This document shows positions 63,883 through 64,000 of a DNA stretch of 64,000 nucleotides, one piece after another (position 1 is the stretch's first letter; every line of letters starts with the position of its first letter). This DNA is from Cetorhinus maximus (taxonomy: Eukaryota), in contig NC_135894.1 in assembly GCF_964194155.1 (NCBI RefSeq), forward strand, positions 78,306,001 through 78,370,000, given 5' to 3'. The notes beneath the pieces were generated by a model. The model was not told where the DNA came from and did not search any database. It was given only the letters and a program-made list of their open reading frames with translations. Both the position numbers and the translations under genes were made by a program.

Positions 63883-64000
63883 ATGATGTTTTTATCAAAT
63901 GGCATTTCATCTAACAGCTGCAGATGAGCCCTGCCCAAACAGCTCAACATGAAGTCCTATTGTTGAATAGCTTCAGGAGGCTTCAATCTCACATGTTTAA

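Overview
Eukaryotic, repeat-dense genomic DNA, most likely from a cartilaginous fish (shark). This is inferred from CR1/HER1-type LINEs with TTCTATG-like tails, Deu-domain SINEs and Penelope-type ends. No prokaryotic features, rRNA, true tRNA or CRISPR arrays were seen. Main content: (1) two decayed full-length PIF/Harbinger-superfamily DNA transposons (18986-27525 and 32436-37113), each with a + strand DDE transposase and a convergent three-exon Myb/SANT-like gene; (2) about 15 non-autonomous MITE-like elements with related termini and 3-bp TSDs in a Y-NNN-R (mostly C-NNN-G) context; (3) many CR1, L2 and SINE copies, often nested; (4) two Penelope-like remnants whose inverted ends carry minimal hammerhead ribozyme motifs; (5) several solo-LTR-like segments; (6) a near-perfect 250-bp-arm palindrome (13221-13726) with a template-switch signature; and (7) a candidate four-exon, 154-aa minus-strand host gene (59272 to 41829) assembled by eye from phase-compatible exons that the ORF track only partly shows. 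All coordinates were read by eye and may be off by a few bases. No database searches were run.
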